Assembly: GCA_963663165.1 (NCBI GenBank)
Contig: OY760175.1
Span: 3,776,001 to 3,840,000 of the forward strand
Reading direction: 5' to 3'
Origin: an uncultured Desulfospira sp.
GTDB lineage: Bacteria > Desulfobacterota > Desulfobacteria > Desulfobacterales > Desulfobacteraceae
Length of the DNA stretch: 64,000 nt
Shown: one piece after another, positions 29,240 to 38,585 of the stretch
Layout of the letters: each line of letters begins with the position of its first letter
How positions within the stretch are numbered: position 1 is the first letter of the stretch
The notes under the pieces: generated by a model
What the model was told of the DNA's origin: nothing
The model's input: only the letters and a program-made list of their open reading frames with translations
Database searches by the model: none
Translations under genes and position numbers: made by a program

Positions 29240-32200
29240 ATGAAAATATTTTTACGATATGGAATGGTTCTGGTCACGGCATTGCTGTGCGTTTATATTC
29301 AGAATGTTCAATCAGACAGCCTTTGGAGCGACGATGTTGACTCGGTTTATTCTCCCGAGGCCCCCCTGGGTACCCTCTGGGTTGAAGCCGGCGCCCTTTT
29401 GTCTGTTTCAGCTGCGGAGGATGATCAATGGCGAATACTGAACATAGGGACCCTTTATGACTGGACCAACGCCAACGGCCTTTCTTTTGATTATGAAGGC
29501 ATTCCTTACGGTGCCCTGGCAGGCCGGATCGGTGAGGATGGCGACTGGTTTTTCATTGGAAGCGATTTTTGCCAGACCGCCTCCCAAAGTGGTACGCTTT
29601 ACCTGGCCTGCTGGGAGCCTTCCGGCAATTTTTCGGATAACTCGGATGCCATCACTGTTACGGCCAGCCTGGCATCCTTTGACCCGGCCGACCTGGACCA
29701 GGACTATGACGTGGACGGAAAGGACCTGTTCCGATATCTCCAGGACCTGTCGGCCCTGGACCTGGAAAGTTTTGCCGCTATTTTCGGATGGGTCGATACC
29801 CCGGCCACCGCAGACCTTCAAACCCTGTCGGTTTCACCGGGCCGGCTTGCCTCGGTTTTTTCGGCCGACCAGAGCGATTATCTGGTGGAGGTGGAAAATG
29901 AAACCAGCGAAATCCAGGTGACCGCCCTTCCAGCAGATCCTCTGGCAACGGTCTGGATCAGCGATACCCTGGTTGATCCCGGCACCCCGTTTGCCGTATC
30001 TCTGGACCTGGGAGCCAACTATATCCCTGTGCGGGTGGTCTCCCAGAACAACCGCACTGAAAAGACATATTCCCTGCTGGTGGCCCGAAAGGGTACGGCC
30101 GGTCTTTCCGGTCTGTCCGCAGAAGGATATGATCTGATCCCGGCATTTTCACCGGACACTGCCGTTTATACCATTTATGCGGCATCAGATACCACAGAGG
30201 TCCAGCTGAATCTGGAACCCGGGGACGGGTCCGACCAGATTCAGGTCAACGGTACCCTCCTGGATGACCCGGCCCTTCCGGTTTACATCCCTTTAGAAAG
30301 CGAAATGACCGAAGCTCAAATCCTGGTTGCGGCCTCAGACGGATCAGAATTTGCTTATTTTGTTTATATTAAAAGGAATGCCGCGCCGTCCCAAACGGCA
30401 TTTGTCAAGGACGACGCCGTTGAAGCCAATGAGTTTGAATCATTGCCTGAAGCCGTTGCGTATCTGAACACCAATCTGTTATCCGGGCAGACCGGGGAGA
30501 TCAGGATTCAGACCTCCTCTGCCATGGTTGTAGACACCCTGGATCTGACCCGGAATATTATTTTGACTGTGGAACCCGGGGCCTCCAATGTTATTTTTGG
30601 GCCTTCAACCTATCCGCTGATCATTAATACATGGGCCGGTGCCGATATTTCCGGACTTTGCTTTACCGGGTCGCCGGCATTCACCATCAACTCCGGGGCC
30701 GGGCTTTGTGTTGCCGGAAGTTCTTTCTCCTCAGACACCACTGTCAACATAGAGGATTCCGTATCATCCACCGAGGCCAAGGGCGGCGGATATTACAGCC
30801 AGTTTTTAAATTTTGTGGGAAACCACCTGTCCGGTGACCTGAATATCATGATGTCCGGTTCAGCTGACACGGATTTTGTCACATCCGGAAACCAGGCCGA
30901 AAGCATCCAGTTCGCCGGAACGGGTGAATTCTCAGGGGATGCCAACCTCAAGTTTAAAGCCAATCTCACAGATGATTTGAGCATCATGGCCACAATGAAG
31001 GGAAATACCCATGCCAGTGTTACAGGGCACCGGAACGTCGTCAATACGGATATCGGCATCACCATGGAAGACGATGCCCGGATCAGCCTGGAACAGCATA
31101 CCTCGGCCTCTGTGGGATTAAATTTCATGGGGTTGAATGGAAAGATACAACTGGACAACGTCACCACCGTCAATGCGGCCTATAAAATGGACATGGCAAA
31201 AGCCCAGTACACGGGCAGGTCCAACGCTATCACCAATTTTAATGCTTCCTTGTTATACAGCCATGGGGACAGTATCTACGGCATCACCCAGGAGGGCGGA
31301 AAATTCCTGCAAAATTATTCGATCAAGGCAGCAGGGGCCGGGCTGAACGCTACGCTGACCCTGGGGCTGGACGGTGTTAATATTTACGGAAAATATAATC
31401 TGATTGCCGGCGGGAATGTGACCGCCAAATTTAATAACAACACGACCATTTCCCTGGATGCATACATGAAACTGCCGGGCAAGCTTGCTTCCCTGGATTT
31501 TGACCATATGACCTGCTATGGGAAATTGTCCGTGGAGCTGCCTGAATCCGGGGTCGAGGTGTATCTGAACGCACAATATGGCATCCTGGAAGAGGGGTTA
31601 CTCATAAATTTTACGGACCTTGGCGGTGTCAGCGGCACCCTGGACCATATTGTCACCGTTACCGGCGGTTTAATCCTGCGCTTTGGCGCCGAGGAGCCCC
31701 CGACCCCGGAAAACAAGGCCGCGGCCTTAACCAAAGGAAACACCCTGGTTCTTAAAAACCTGGAAATTAAAGACACCAATGGACTGCCCGGCCTCTATCT
31801 GGAAAAAATCAACACGGCGGTCACCATCCAGGACAGCACCATTGAAAGCCAGAACTGGGCCATTTACTGTGCGGGCATTAATGCGGCCGTCACCATCAAG
31901 GACAACGCCAATCTGACGGGGGGCATCTTTCTTAACGGGGATCCCGACGGCACAGGGGTCTTGATTGATCAGCCCCATGAGGTCAGCGCCAACACCATCA
32001 CCCAGACCATGGCCGGCGGCGCTTGCCTCTGGTCCCATTCCATACGAAATGTCCAGGTGAGCGGCAATACCATGACCGCCGCAGCCGGTGCCCACGGGAT
32101 TATGGTCAGCGGCGGAAAGCTTGTGGTAGACGGGGGCAGCATCATTGCCCCGGGGGCTTATACCAGCGCGGCTCTTGGCGCCGGCCCCTCATCCGGCGGA

Positions 32201-32530
32201 ACCGTTGGGTTTCTGGATGTCAGCAATATGGAACTGATCTCCGGAGCGGTCAACCCGGGGGATGACGGATACATCAAGCTGACCGGCAACACATTCTCCA
32301 ATGCAACCGTCCATGACGTGGAGGCCGGCCGGCTGATCAATGATCCCATGGACAACGGTAACAGCGGGCTGAACCCTGATGAGGATATTGTGGGCTGTCT
32401 CATCGACTGGAATGAGGATGACCACCATTGTCCGGATTATCCGCCTGATTGCGACCAGTGGGATGAAGACGAGAAAGAGTGCGGGTGCGGGCAGGACGGA
32501 ATCGCACCGCCCAGCGAGCCGGGAATTTAA
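29240..32530 (+). CDS. large secreted multidomain protein (LecA-like lectin, EF-hand/dockerin-like, 2x cadherin-like beta-sandwich, beta-helix)
   Basis: AGGAGG RBS, signal peptide; GALAGRIG..FFIG..SGTLYL..DNS; DLDQDYDVDGKDL; L..LSV...F....Y repeats; Cys/Asp-rich tail. Confidence 0.75.
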   Translation: MKIFLRYGMVLVTALLCVYIQNVQSDSLWSDDVDSVYSPEAPLGTLWVEAGALLSVSAAEDDQWRILNIGTLYDWTNANGLSFDYEGIPYGALAGRIGEDGDWFFIGSDFCQTASQSGTLYLACWEPSGNFSDNSDAITVTASLASFDPADLDQDYDVDGKDLFRYLQDLSALDLESFAAIFGWVDTPATADLQTLSVSPGRLASVFSADQSDYLVEVENETSEIQVTALPADPLATVWISDTLVDPGTPFAVSLDLGANYIPVRVVSQNNRTEKTYSLLVARKGTAGLSGLSAEGYDLIPAFSPDTAVYTIYAASDTTEVQLNLEPGDGSDQIQVNGTLLDDPALPVYIPLESEMTEAQILVAASDGSEFAYFVYIKRNAAPSQTAFVKDDAVEANEFESLPEAVAYLNTNLLSGQTGEIRIQTSSAMVVDTLDLTRNIILTVEPGASNVIFGPSTYPLIINTWAGADISGLCFTGSPAFTINSGAGLCVAGSSFSSDTTVNIEDSVSSTEAKGGGYYSQFLNFVGNHLSGDLNIMMSGSADTDFVTSGNQAESIQFAGTGEFSGDANLKFKANLTDDLSIMATMKGNTHASVTGHRNVVNTDIGITMEDDARISLEQHTSASVGLNFMGLNGKIQLDNVTTVNAAYKMDMAKAQYTGRSNAITNFNASLLYSHGDSIYGITQEGGKFLQNYSIKAAGAGLNATLTLGLDGVNIYGKYNLIAGGNVTAKFNNNTTISLDAYMKLPGKLASLDFDHMTCYGKLSVELPESGVEVYLNAQYGILEEGLLINFTDLGGVSGTLDHIVTVTGGLILRFGAEEPPTPENKAAALTKGNTLVLKNLEIKDTNGLPGLYLEKINTAVTIQDSTIESQNWAIYCAGINAAVTIKDNANLTGGIFLNGDPDGTGVLIDQPHEVSANTITQTMAGGACLWSHSIRNVQVSGNTMTAAAGAHGIMVSGGKLVVDGGSIIAPGAYTSAALGAGPSSGGTVGFLDVSNMELISGAVNPGDDGYIKLTGNTFSNATVHDVEAGRLINDPMDNGNSGLNPDEDIVGCLIDWNEDDHHCPDYPPDCDQWDEDEKECGCGQDGIAPPSEPGI

Positions 32531-32772
32531 AAACTTCGTAAAATATCCGGAATAGACTGCTGGGGGCCATGTCCCCAATTTCTGTTTATTCTCCATGCGC
32601 TGGTTGACAAAAAGGATGTTCCTATCCTACATTGGATTTAATGTTTGACTGCCAATCGACCTTATGCATCTTGGAAATTGAACGGGTAAGGAAATCACAA
32701 GGTCCTTTCATGCCATAGGTTTTCGCAGAGGAAGCAGGACAGGATTCGCCTTCCAAACTCAAGGAGGATTTT

Positions 32773-33357
32773 ATGAGAAAAAGAATGGTTTCCGTTGCAC
32801 TGATTTTTTTTATTGGATTATCGCTTACCGGGTGTCCTAAACAGTCAAGCACATCGACAGCCACGAAAAGCGCACTTGAAAGTCAGATCAAAAGCATTAA
32901 ACAGATGCTCACCGAGATTAAGGCGGAAATTGCCAAGCACCAAAACAATATCGAGAATATGAGAAACATACTGAGAAACGCGCAGCAAACCGGCACGACA
33001 CCGAACGTCGGCGGCTTGAAAGAGTATGCCAATGCCGCCGGGGAACGGACCCCAGCTTACCACCAGGCGCCGCCCTGGAAGCAGGATCTGATCGATAAAT
33101 TTGAAAATATGCACGTGTTTAATGCGATGGATGCTGCAGCCCTGGGTGCCGCGACAACGGATGGTAATGTTGAGGAAGTATATATTAAGGTTGAGATTAG
33201 GCGGACCAGCAGGTTTATCAGAATGCTTGAAGTGCTGGCAACACGGCAGGGAGAGGTCCTGGCACAGGCTGAAGCAGACCTCCAGCGCATCAACGAAACG
33301 GCAGCCCCATCTTCCACAACGACGGCTGACGAGGGGTTAAGCGATGGCGGATATTAG
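32773..33357 (+). CDS. coiled-coil lipoprotein, hypothetical
   Basis: AAGGAGG RBS; lipobox LTGC; heptad-rich helices. Confidence 0.75.
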   Translation: MRKRMVSVALIFFIGLSLTGCPKQSSTSTATKSALESQIKSIKQMLTEIKAEIAKHQNNIENMRNILRNAQQTGTTPNVGGLKEYANAAGERTPAYHQAPPWKQDLIDKFENMHVFNAMDAAALGAATTDGNVEEVYIKVEIRRTSRFIRMLEVLATRQGEVLAQAEADLQRINETAAPSSTTTADEGLSDGGY

Positions 33358-33481
33358 GGTGCATCTTGGGGGCTCATGGCATAGCAGGCTGATCAGCGGC
33401 TGGAAAAGGCACCTGGACTTCGCCGCCGGATGGGTTTTCACTATCTGCCCACGATTAAATCATTTTCAAAGCGAGGAGAAT

Positions 33482-34093
33482 ATGAAGGGCTTTAAGGTCT
33501 TGATCCTGTTGATGTGTATCGCCTTTATGGCCATACCGGGTGTGCAGGCCGAACCCGGGTGGCAGATGCAATCAATTGCTGACTTTAACGTTGCATTTTG
33601 CCGAAAAGCGGATGCCTCAGGCCTCAGCGTCTACTTTACCCCTTCGGGCGCGGTCTGGGTGTGTGTGATATTGCCGGAAGGGACAGAAAAAGTTGATCTT
33701 TCCCGGCCCATTGAGGTGCGGGTGGATCAAAGCGAACCCTTTTTAAGCTCACAAGATGCTCTGCAGCCTGAGCAGACGGCGGTGGCCTGGCAGATTAAAG
33801 AACCGGGAAGCGGCATCATCAACGGATCGCTCCTGGATCACCTGATGAAAGGCAGCTTAGCCCATGTAAGCGGCCATGTCTCTGGCGGGCACAGGGTTAA
33901 GATGACGGTCCCGCTTAACGGGTCAAGGGATGCCATTGAGAGCCTGTTGTCCATGCGGATGAAGAACCAGTTTTCTGATGTTCCTGCTACCAATGTTTCT
34001 CCTCCTGCCAATATTTCTCCACCGCCGGCTACGCCCGTTGTGCCCCCTAATGCTTCCCGTGTTCGCCGCATGCCAAGGGCGGGGAATCTCTGA
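33482..34093 (+). CDS. periplasmic hypothetical protein with Pro-rich tail
   Basis: GAGGAG RBS; signal peptide ending VQA; VPLNGSRDAI C-terminal pattern. Confidence 0.7.
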   Translation: MKGFKVLILLMCIAFMAIPGVQAEPGWQMQSIADFNVAFCRKADASGLSVYFTPSGAVWVCVILPEGTEKVDLSRPIEVRVDQSEPFLSSQDALQPEQTAVAWQIKEPGSGIINGSLLDHLMKGSLAHVSGHVSGGHRVKMTVPLNGSRDAIESLLSMRMKNQFSDVPATNVSPPANISPPPATPVVPPNASRVRRMPRAGNL

Positions 34094-34097
34094 AATA

Positions 34098-34151
34098 AAA
34101 AAAGCACCCCCCGACAGGCACAACACATTGCGCCTGTCGGGGGCATATTTC
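34098..34151. terminator. bidirectional terminator hairpin
   Basis: A6-GCACCCCCGACAGGC...GCCTGTCGGGGGC between convergent genes. Confidence 0.65.
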
Positions 34152-34200
34152 AAATATGATAACTTCCCGTTATCCGTAGAATAGAAAAAATATCCCCGTA

Positions 34201-34953
34201 CTAATCTGATTTTAAGGCATCCATGTTAAAGGTTAAGGATGTCCCGTACCAGATGATCTGCCTGTCTTTTACCGGCACCTCGATTTTAGCACTGATTAAC
34301 TGGAAATTTTTATCAGACAGTGTAACGGAAAAACGGTCATCGGTCTTTACCGTTGTGAGTTTCTGGGCACCGCTGGCCTGGGTCAGGGCGGCCTCATGTA
34401 TCTGCTGCCCCATAAAATAAAGCCGGACCTGCAGAGACTCGCCCTTGGCCAGTGCTGCCGGATTTTTTAACGGCACGATTTCAAACCGTTGATTCAACGG
34501 TTCCGTGACCCACGGATGCCAGCTCTCTATATGTTTCATGAACTTATAGGAGTGGCCCTCTTTGACCACATCCTTCAGGCCGGTGATTCTTTTGTTTTGC
34601 CAGCCCTGGGTTGTGTGCATCCAGTATTTGTTATAAACCAGGGCCGTTAAAACGCTGAAGGGCTGCTGAACTTCCAGATAGGCTCCGGCACTTTCCGGCT
34701 TCCATCCAATGCTGACGGGAAGCCATTTTTTGTTTTCAAGGTGTCCGGCCGCCTGAACAACCCGCTCCGGCTCATAGGGGTCGCCTTGGGCAACCCCTTC
34801 CACCATGTGCCCCATCACAATTTCGAACCCTTTTTCCTGTGACCCGTCCAGCCACCAGTCATGGGCCATGGCCGCCGGCACGGATAAACACAGCAGAGCC
34901 GAAACCATTACCGGGATCACAACGGCTTGAAACAAACCATTCTTATTTTTCAT
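34201..34953 (-). CDS. DUF4198 periplasmic protein (second paralog)
   Basis: Signal AMA then HDWW; MGH; RFEIVPLKNP; TSLTF. Confidence 0.8.
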   Translation of the reverse strand: MKNKNGLFQAVVIPVMVSALLCLSVPAAMAHDWWLDGSQEKGFEIVMGHMVEGVAQGDPYEPERVVQAAGHLENKKWLPVSIGWKPESAGAYLEVQQPFSVLTALVYNKYWMHTTQGWQNKRITGLKDVVKEGHSYKFMKHIESWHPWVTEPLNQRFEIVPLKNPAALAKGESLQVRLYFMGQQIHEAALTQASGAQKLTTVKTDDRFSVTLSDKNFQLISAKIEVPVKDRQIIWYGTSLTFNMDALKSD

Positions 34954-34975
34954 GATTCCACCTAATTTTTGAGTA

Positions 34976-37036
34976 TCAGAATGTATACTTAACGGTCAGT
35001 TGAAGATATCTGCCATCGCTGCCTGAGTATTGATTGTACCCGCTCCAGTTGCTGACATATTCTGAATAGGTTTCATCAAACAGGTTTTTCACATCAAACG
35101 AAATGGTCCACTGATCGGAAAACGTATGGGCGATTTTAAGGTCAACCACATCGTATCCCCCGTAACTATCGGTATTATCACTTCGGGTATACCATTTTCC
35201 CACCTTGTTATACCAGACGCGCAACGAGGTGTTGGTGGGGAATATATACTCAACCCCCAGCTTTAAGATTGATTCCGGTATGGCAGAGACATGGTTGCCG
35301 TAATATGATTTGCTATCATCTTCATAGGTGGCTTCCTGGTAGGTATAGGCCCCGAAAAACTGGAGATTTTCCAACGGCATCAGGTTTATCTCGATTTCGT
35401 GCCCTTTCCGGACCGTTTCCCCCTGGTAGCTATAGCCCCATTCGTTGGCGATGCTGTCATAAGTACCGGTGATTTCATCATCATTTACACTGTAAAAATA
35501 AGCATAACGAATCATAATCTGTTCAATGGGGCTGGCCTTGATTCCGCCTTCATACTGGATAAAATTGCTTTCATCGGGTGCGTCTGAGGCATATTTGGCT
35601 TCATTTTTGGGCAGCTGAAACCCAGTCCCGACATTAGCGTATATGCTGTAATTGGGCAAAAATGTATAAATCACGCCCGCGCTGTATGTCCAGATATTAT
35701 AATCGCTGAGGTCCATGGAGATGTCTGTCAGCCGGTTGGTGAAATCACCGTCAAATGTGTCAAAACGGCCCCCCGCAAACAGGCGCAGCATCTCAGACGG
35801 ATCCCAGTTGGCCTTGGCGTATATCCCGAAATTGAAAAGGTTGTAATCGTAATCCCTGGACTGAGAATCCCGGTGCTGGCTGGTGGTATTGTATTTTGTT
35901 TCATCCGTGTCATAATTTCTGTAATCAAATCCAACATCAAACCGCAGGTTCTGGCCTTGTGCCATGGGCATATCATACCCGAGGTTCATCAAGGCACCAT
36001 AAACGTTGTGTTCAAAATGGCCTTCGGTCTGATTGCCGCCGTATGTTGAGAACCGGCTGTAGTCCACATCCTGATACCAGAATTTGAACGTCAGGGGCGT
36101 GTTCTCATTGATATCCCAGTCCGCATGCAGCTGAATTTCAGCCATATCCGTATATCCGCCGTCATCATCCATTACCGACTGGGTGGGATCGGCCTCCCAC
36201 TCAGGTTCCGTCAGGTATCCGGCAGCATCCCAGTCCGCAGAAAACGCATGGGCGATCAGGCCGATCTGAAGGTCCTGGCTTGGGCGGTAGAACCACTTGC
36301 CGTATATATTCTGACGTTCATAGTCGCTGCTATCCCGGTATCCTTCCGTATCATAGGCCTCCACGACATAAACCTGGTTGAATTTGTTATCAAAATGTTC
36401 GGAACCAATGCTGGCAAATCCCTTTTTGGTATCAAAACTGCCATAGGCCAGTTTGGCTGTTCCAAAATCTCCGCGCTTGCGGGTGTTGAAGTGAACGCTG
36501 CCAGCCCTGCACCAGTTACCGTATTGGGCGTCAATGGGGCCTTTAACAACTTCAATGCTTTCAATGTCGTCAACACTTAGCTGGGTTAAATCCGCAGCAC
36601 CATCGGCCGGGCCGAACGGATAGTTGTAGGGAATTCCGTCAATGGTGATCAGGGTATGCTGCCCGTGTCCGCCGGTACCAAAGCCCCTCATGGTAAACCC
36701 ATTTGGAACGCTCCCCGAATTGTAATCCCCGACTGCAAATCCGGGAACGATCCGCAAAATATCCAGCGCAGTATCGGCTTCCTGTTTAGCGATTTCATCC
36801 TCTCCGATGATATCCACTGAACCGGGCAGGTCCGCAGAATGGTTAACTTTCTTTGCTTTTACCGTCATGTCGCCGATATTCATGATCACCTGGTTTTTTT
36901 CCTCATCCGTGTCCAAGGCCTCCTGAGCCTGGCTGGTTGAAGTATCTTCAGCAGCTACCGCAAAAGGACCGGCAACAAGAATACCTGCAATAATTAAAAT
37001 CCACATCCGCAGCAACCAGCTAGCTGTACCTTTCAT
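34976..37036 (-). CDS. TonB-dependent receptor (second paralog)
   Basis: AAAGGAG RBS; GDMTVKA, TMRGF, ITIDGIP, IESIEVVKG; terminal VKYTF. Confidence 0.93.
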   Translation of the reverse strand: MKGTASWLLRMWILIIAGILVAGPFAVAAEDTSTSQAQEALDTDEEKNQVIMNIGDMTVKAKKVNHSADLPGSVDIIGEDEIAKQEADTALDILRIVPGFAVGDYNSGSVPNGFTMRGFGTGGHGQHTLITIDGIPYNYPFGPADGAADLTQLSVDDIESIEVVKGPIDAQYGNWCRAGSVHFNTRKRGDFGTAKLAYGSFDTKKGFASIGSEHFDNKFNQVYVVEAYDTEGYRDSSDYERQNIYGKWFYRPSQDLQIGLIAHAFSADWDAAGYLTEPEWEADPTQSVMDDDGGYTDMAEIQLHADWDINENTPLTFKFWYQDVDYSRFSTYGGNQTEGHFEHNVYGALMNLGYDMPMAQGQNLRFDVGFDYRNYDTDETKYNTTSQHRDSQSRDYDYNLFNFGIYAKANWDPSEMLRLFAGGRFDTFDGDFTNRLTDISMDLSDYNIWTYSAGVIYTFLPNYSIYANVGTGFQLPKNEAKYASDAPDESNFIQYEGGIKASPIEQIMIRYAYFYSVNDDEITGTYDSIANEWGYSYQGETVRKGHEIEINLMPLENLQFFGAYTYQEATYEDDSKSYYGNHVSAIPESILKLGVEYIFPTNTSLRVWYNKVGKWYTRSDNTDSYGGYDVVDLKIAHTFSDQWTISFDVKNLFDETYSEYVSNWSGYNQYSGSDGRYLQLTVKYTF

Positions 37037-37120
37037 CACATAGATCTCCTTTTCTAAAAAAAATCGCATTTGAATAACTTTAACGGAGTAACTGTTTGAA
37101 AATAAGCCCTTTTCCACAAA

Positions 37121-37271
37121 TAAAAAAAAGCCATAAAGATCAACAGGATTCAGCCTGCCTGTTACCTTCATGGCTTTTTGAATATACGGATTCTACGCTT
37201 ATTTTATGATTTTACTTCTTCTTCGTGAAGAGAATTGGCCCCCGTTTAGCCAATAGTTTTTACTTTGTCAA
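37121..37271 (-). promoter_or_regulatory. promoter plus putative attenuator leader RNA (copy C)
   Basis: Minus strand: TTGACA; CTTC-ACGAA-GAAG; GCC-ATGAA-GGT overlapping terminator AAAAAGCCATGAAGG...TCTTTATGGC-T8. Confidence 0.65.
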
Positions 37272-37282
37272 TACATTTTGTC

Positions 37283-37470
37283 AGAGTAGGGGGTCAAGAG
37301 TAGGGGGTCAAACCTTGATTATAGCATTATGTGTCAGAGTAGGGGGTCAAACCTTGATTATAGCATTATGTGCCGACATGGATTATAAATGGGGGCTATT
37401 ACTGCTCGCATACATATGCGGCTAATGCCAAAGGACAATAATCAAGGTTTGACCCCTTCTCACTTCTCAC
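37283..37470. mobile_element. non-autonomous element with GGGGTCAAACCTTGATTAT terminal inverted repeats and duplicated ends
   Basis: Left IR at 37304 and 37343 (39-bp tandem duplication), right IR 37438-37456, AGAGTAGGGGGTCA x3, CTTCTCA x2. Confidence 0.7.
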
Positions 37471-37473
37471 TGC

Positions 37474-38361
37474 TTAGAAAGAGCCTTCTTCCCAGGCCAC
37501 CAGCCTTACGAATCCGCCGTCAGCCATTTCACAGCGGAAGGGGAATGCGGCAATGATCATCCGTTTGCCGGTCACCGCATCAATATCGCCGCCTGCGTTC
37601 TCAACGGTAATCACGCCGGCCTGCATGTACATCCGGTGGCAGGGTTCATAATCGGGGAATTCCACATCCGGGTCTTTGCCGGTTGCTTTGCGGTATGCCT
37701 TGTCCAGCCACGGCATCTGCTCTTTGAGGGGGTAGTGCCAGAGCGGAGAATCTGTGGCGCCCCAGGTGCCTGAGATCCCTTTGATTTTCTTGTCATGGAT
37801 CAGGTATTCGGCAATTTCAGGCCCCATGCCGGGATAGTAGTTGTAATATTTATCGTTATTGATTCTCCAATAATCTTGGAAACCGGTGTTGATCACCACC
37901 CAGTCATTTTCCCGGATATCCAGGCCGTCTTTTGCACAGGCTTTGTCCACATCTTCGGGCATGATGATTTTCCACAAATCGGGTTCAAAACCGGTTTTCC
38001 AGGTCGCCTCAAACTCCTCTTTTAAATGACGCATATCCAGAATGACGCCGGTCCCCACGCAGTACTCTAACGGCAGCTCATTGAGTGAATACCCGTTGCG
38101 CTCACGGTCCACTTCCTCTTCATGGAGGACATGGTTGGGGGCATCCATATGGGTGCCGGCATGGAGGGTGCCGGTATAGGTCATGGTCCGCTTATGGAAA
38201 CGGCCCAGATACTGTCCTCTCGGGAATGCAAGGTCCTGGCGAGGTCCGGGGAAAGGCCATAACGGCGTATCAACTCCCCAGGGTTGAGAAAGATCATAAA
38301 TCTTGGTCATTTTGTTTTTGTCAAGGTACATTCTGCTTTTATCTAGCGGCATATATGCCAT
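37474..38361 (-). CDS. cyclase-family metal-dependent hydrolase (KynB/isatin hydrolase-like)
   Basis: HAGTHMDAPNH motif, YDLSQP, TVEN, AFP...G.F.R. Confidence 0.9.
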   Translation of the reverse strand: MAYMPLDKSRMYLDKNKMTKIYDLSQPWGVDTPLWPFPGPRQDLAFPRGQYLGRFHKRTMTYTGTLHAGTHMDAPNHVLHEEEVDRERNGYSLNELPLEYCVGTGVILDMRHLKEEFEATWKTGFEPDLWKIIMPEDVDKACAKDGLDIRENDWVVINTGFQDYWRINNDKYYNYYPGMGPEIAEYLIHDKKIKGISGTWGATDSPLWHYPLKEQMPWLDKAYRKATGKDPDVEFPDYEPCHRMYMQAGVITVENAGGDIDAVTGKRMIIAAFPFRCEMADGGFVRLVAWEEGSF

Positions 38362-38585
38362 GGCTTCTGTCTCCTTTTATTTTATTCTAGTTGAAACCGG
38401 CCAAAGCCGGCGGCCAAGAAGATACGGTTTTGTATATATTGTGGGCCGGTATTTCATATTCTCAAATATATAGGACGGAAATATATGTCAAGAAAAAAAA
38501 CATTTTTGTGCAAAATTTATGGTTTTAGGCCAAAAATTTAGAAAAATTAATTGACATATTACCGATAATTTGCAACATTGCGCCA

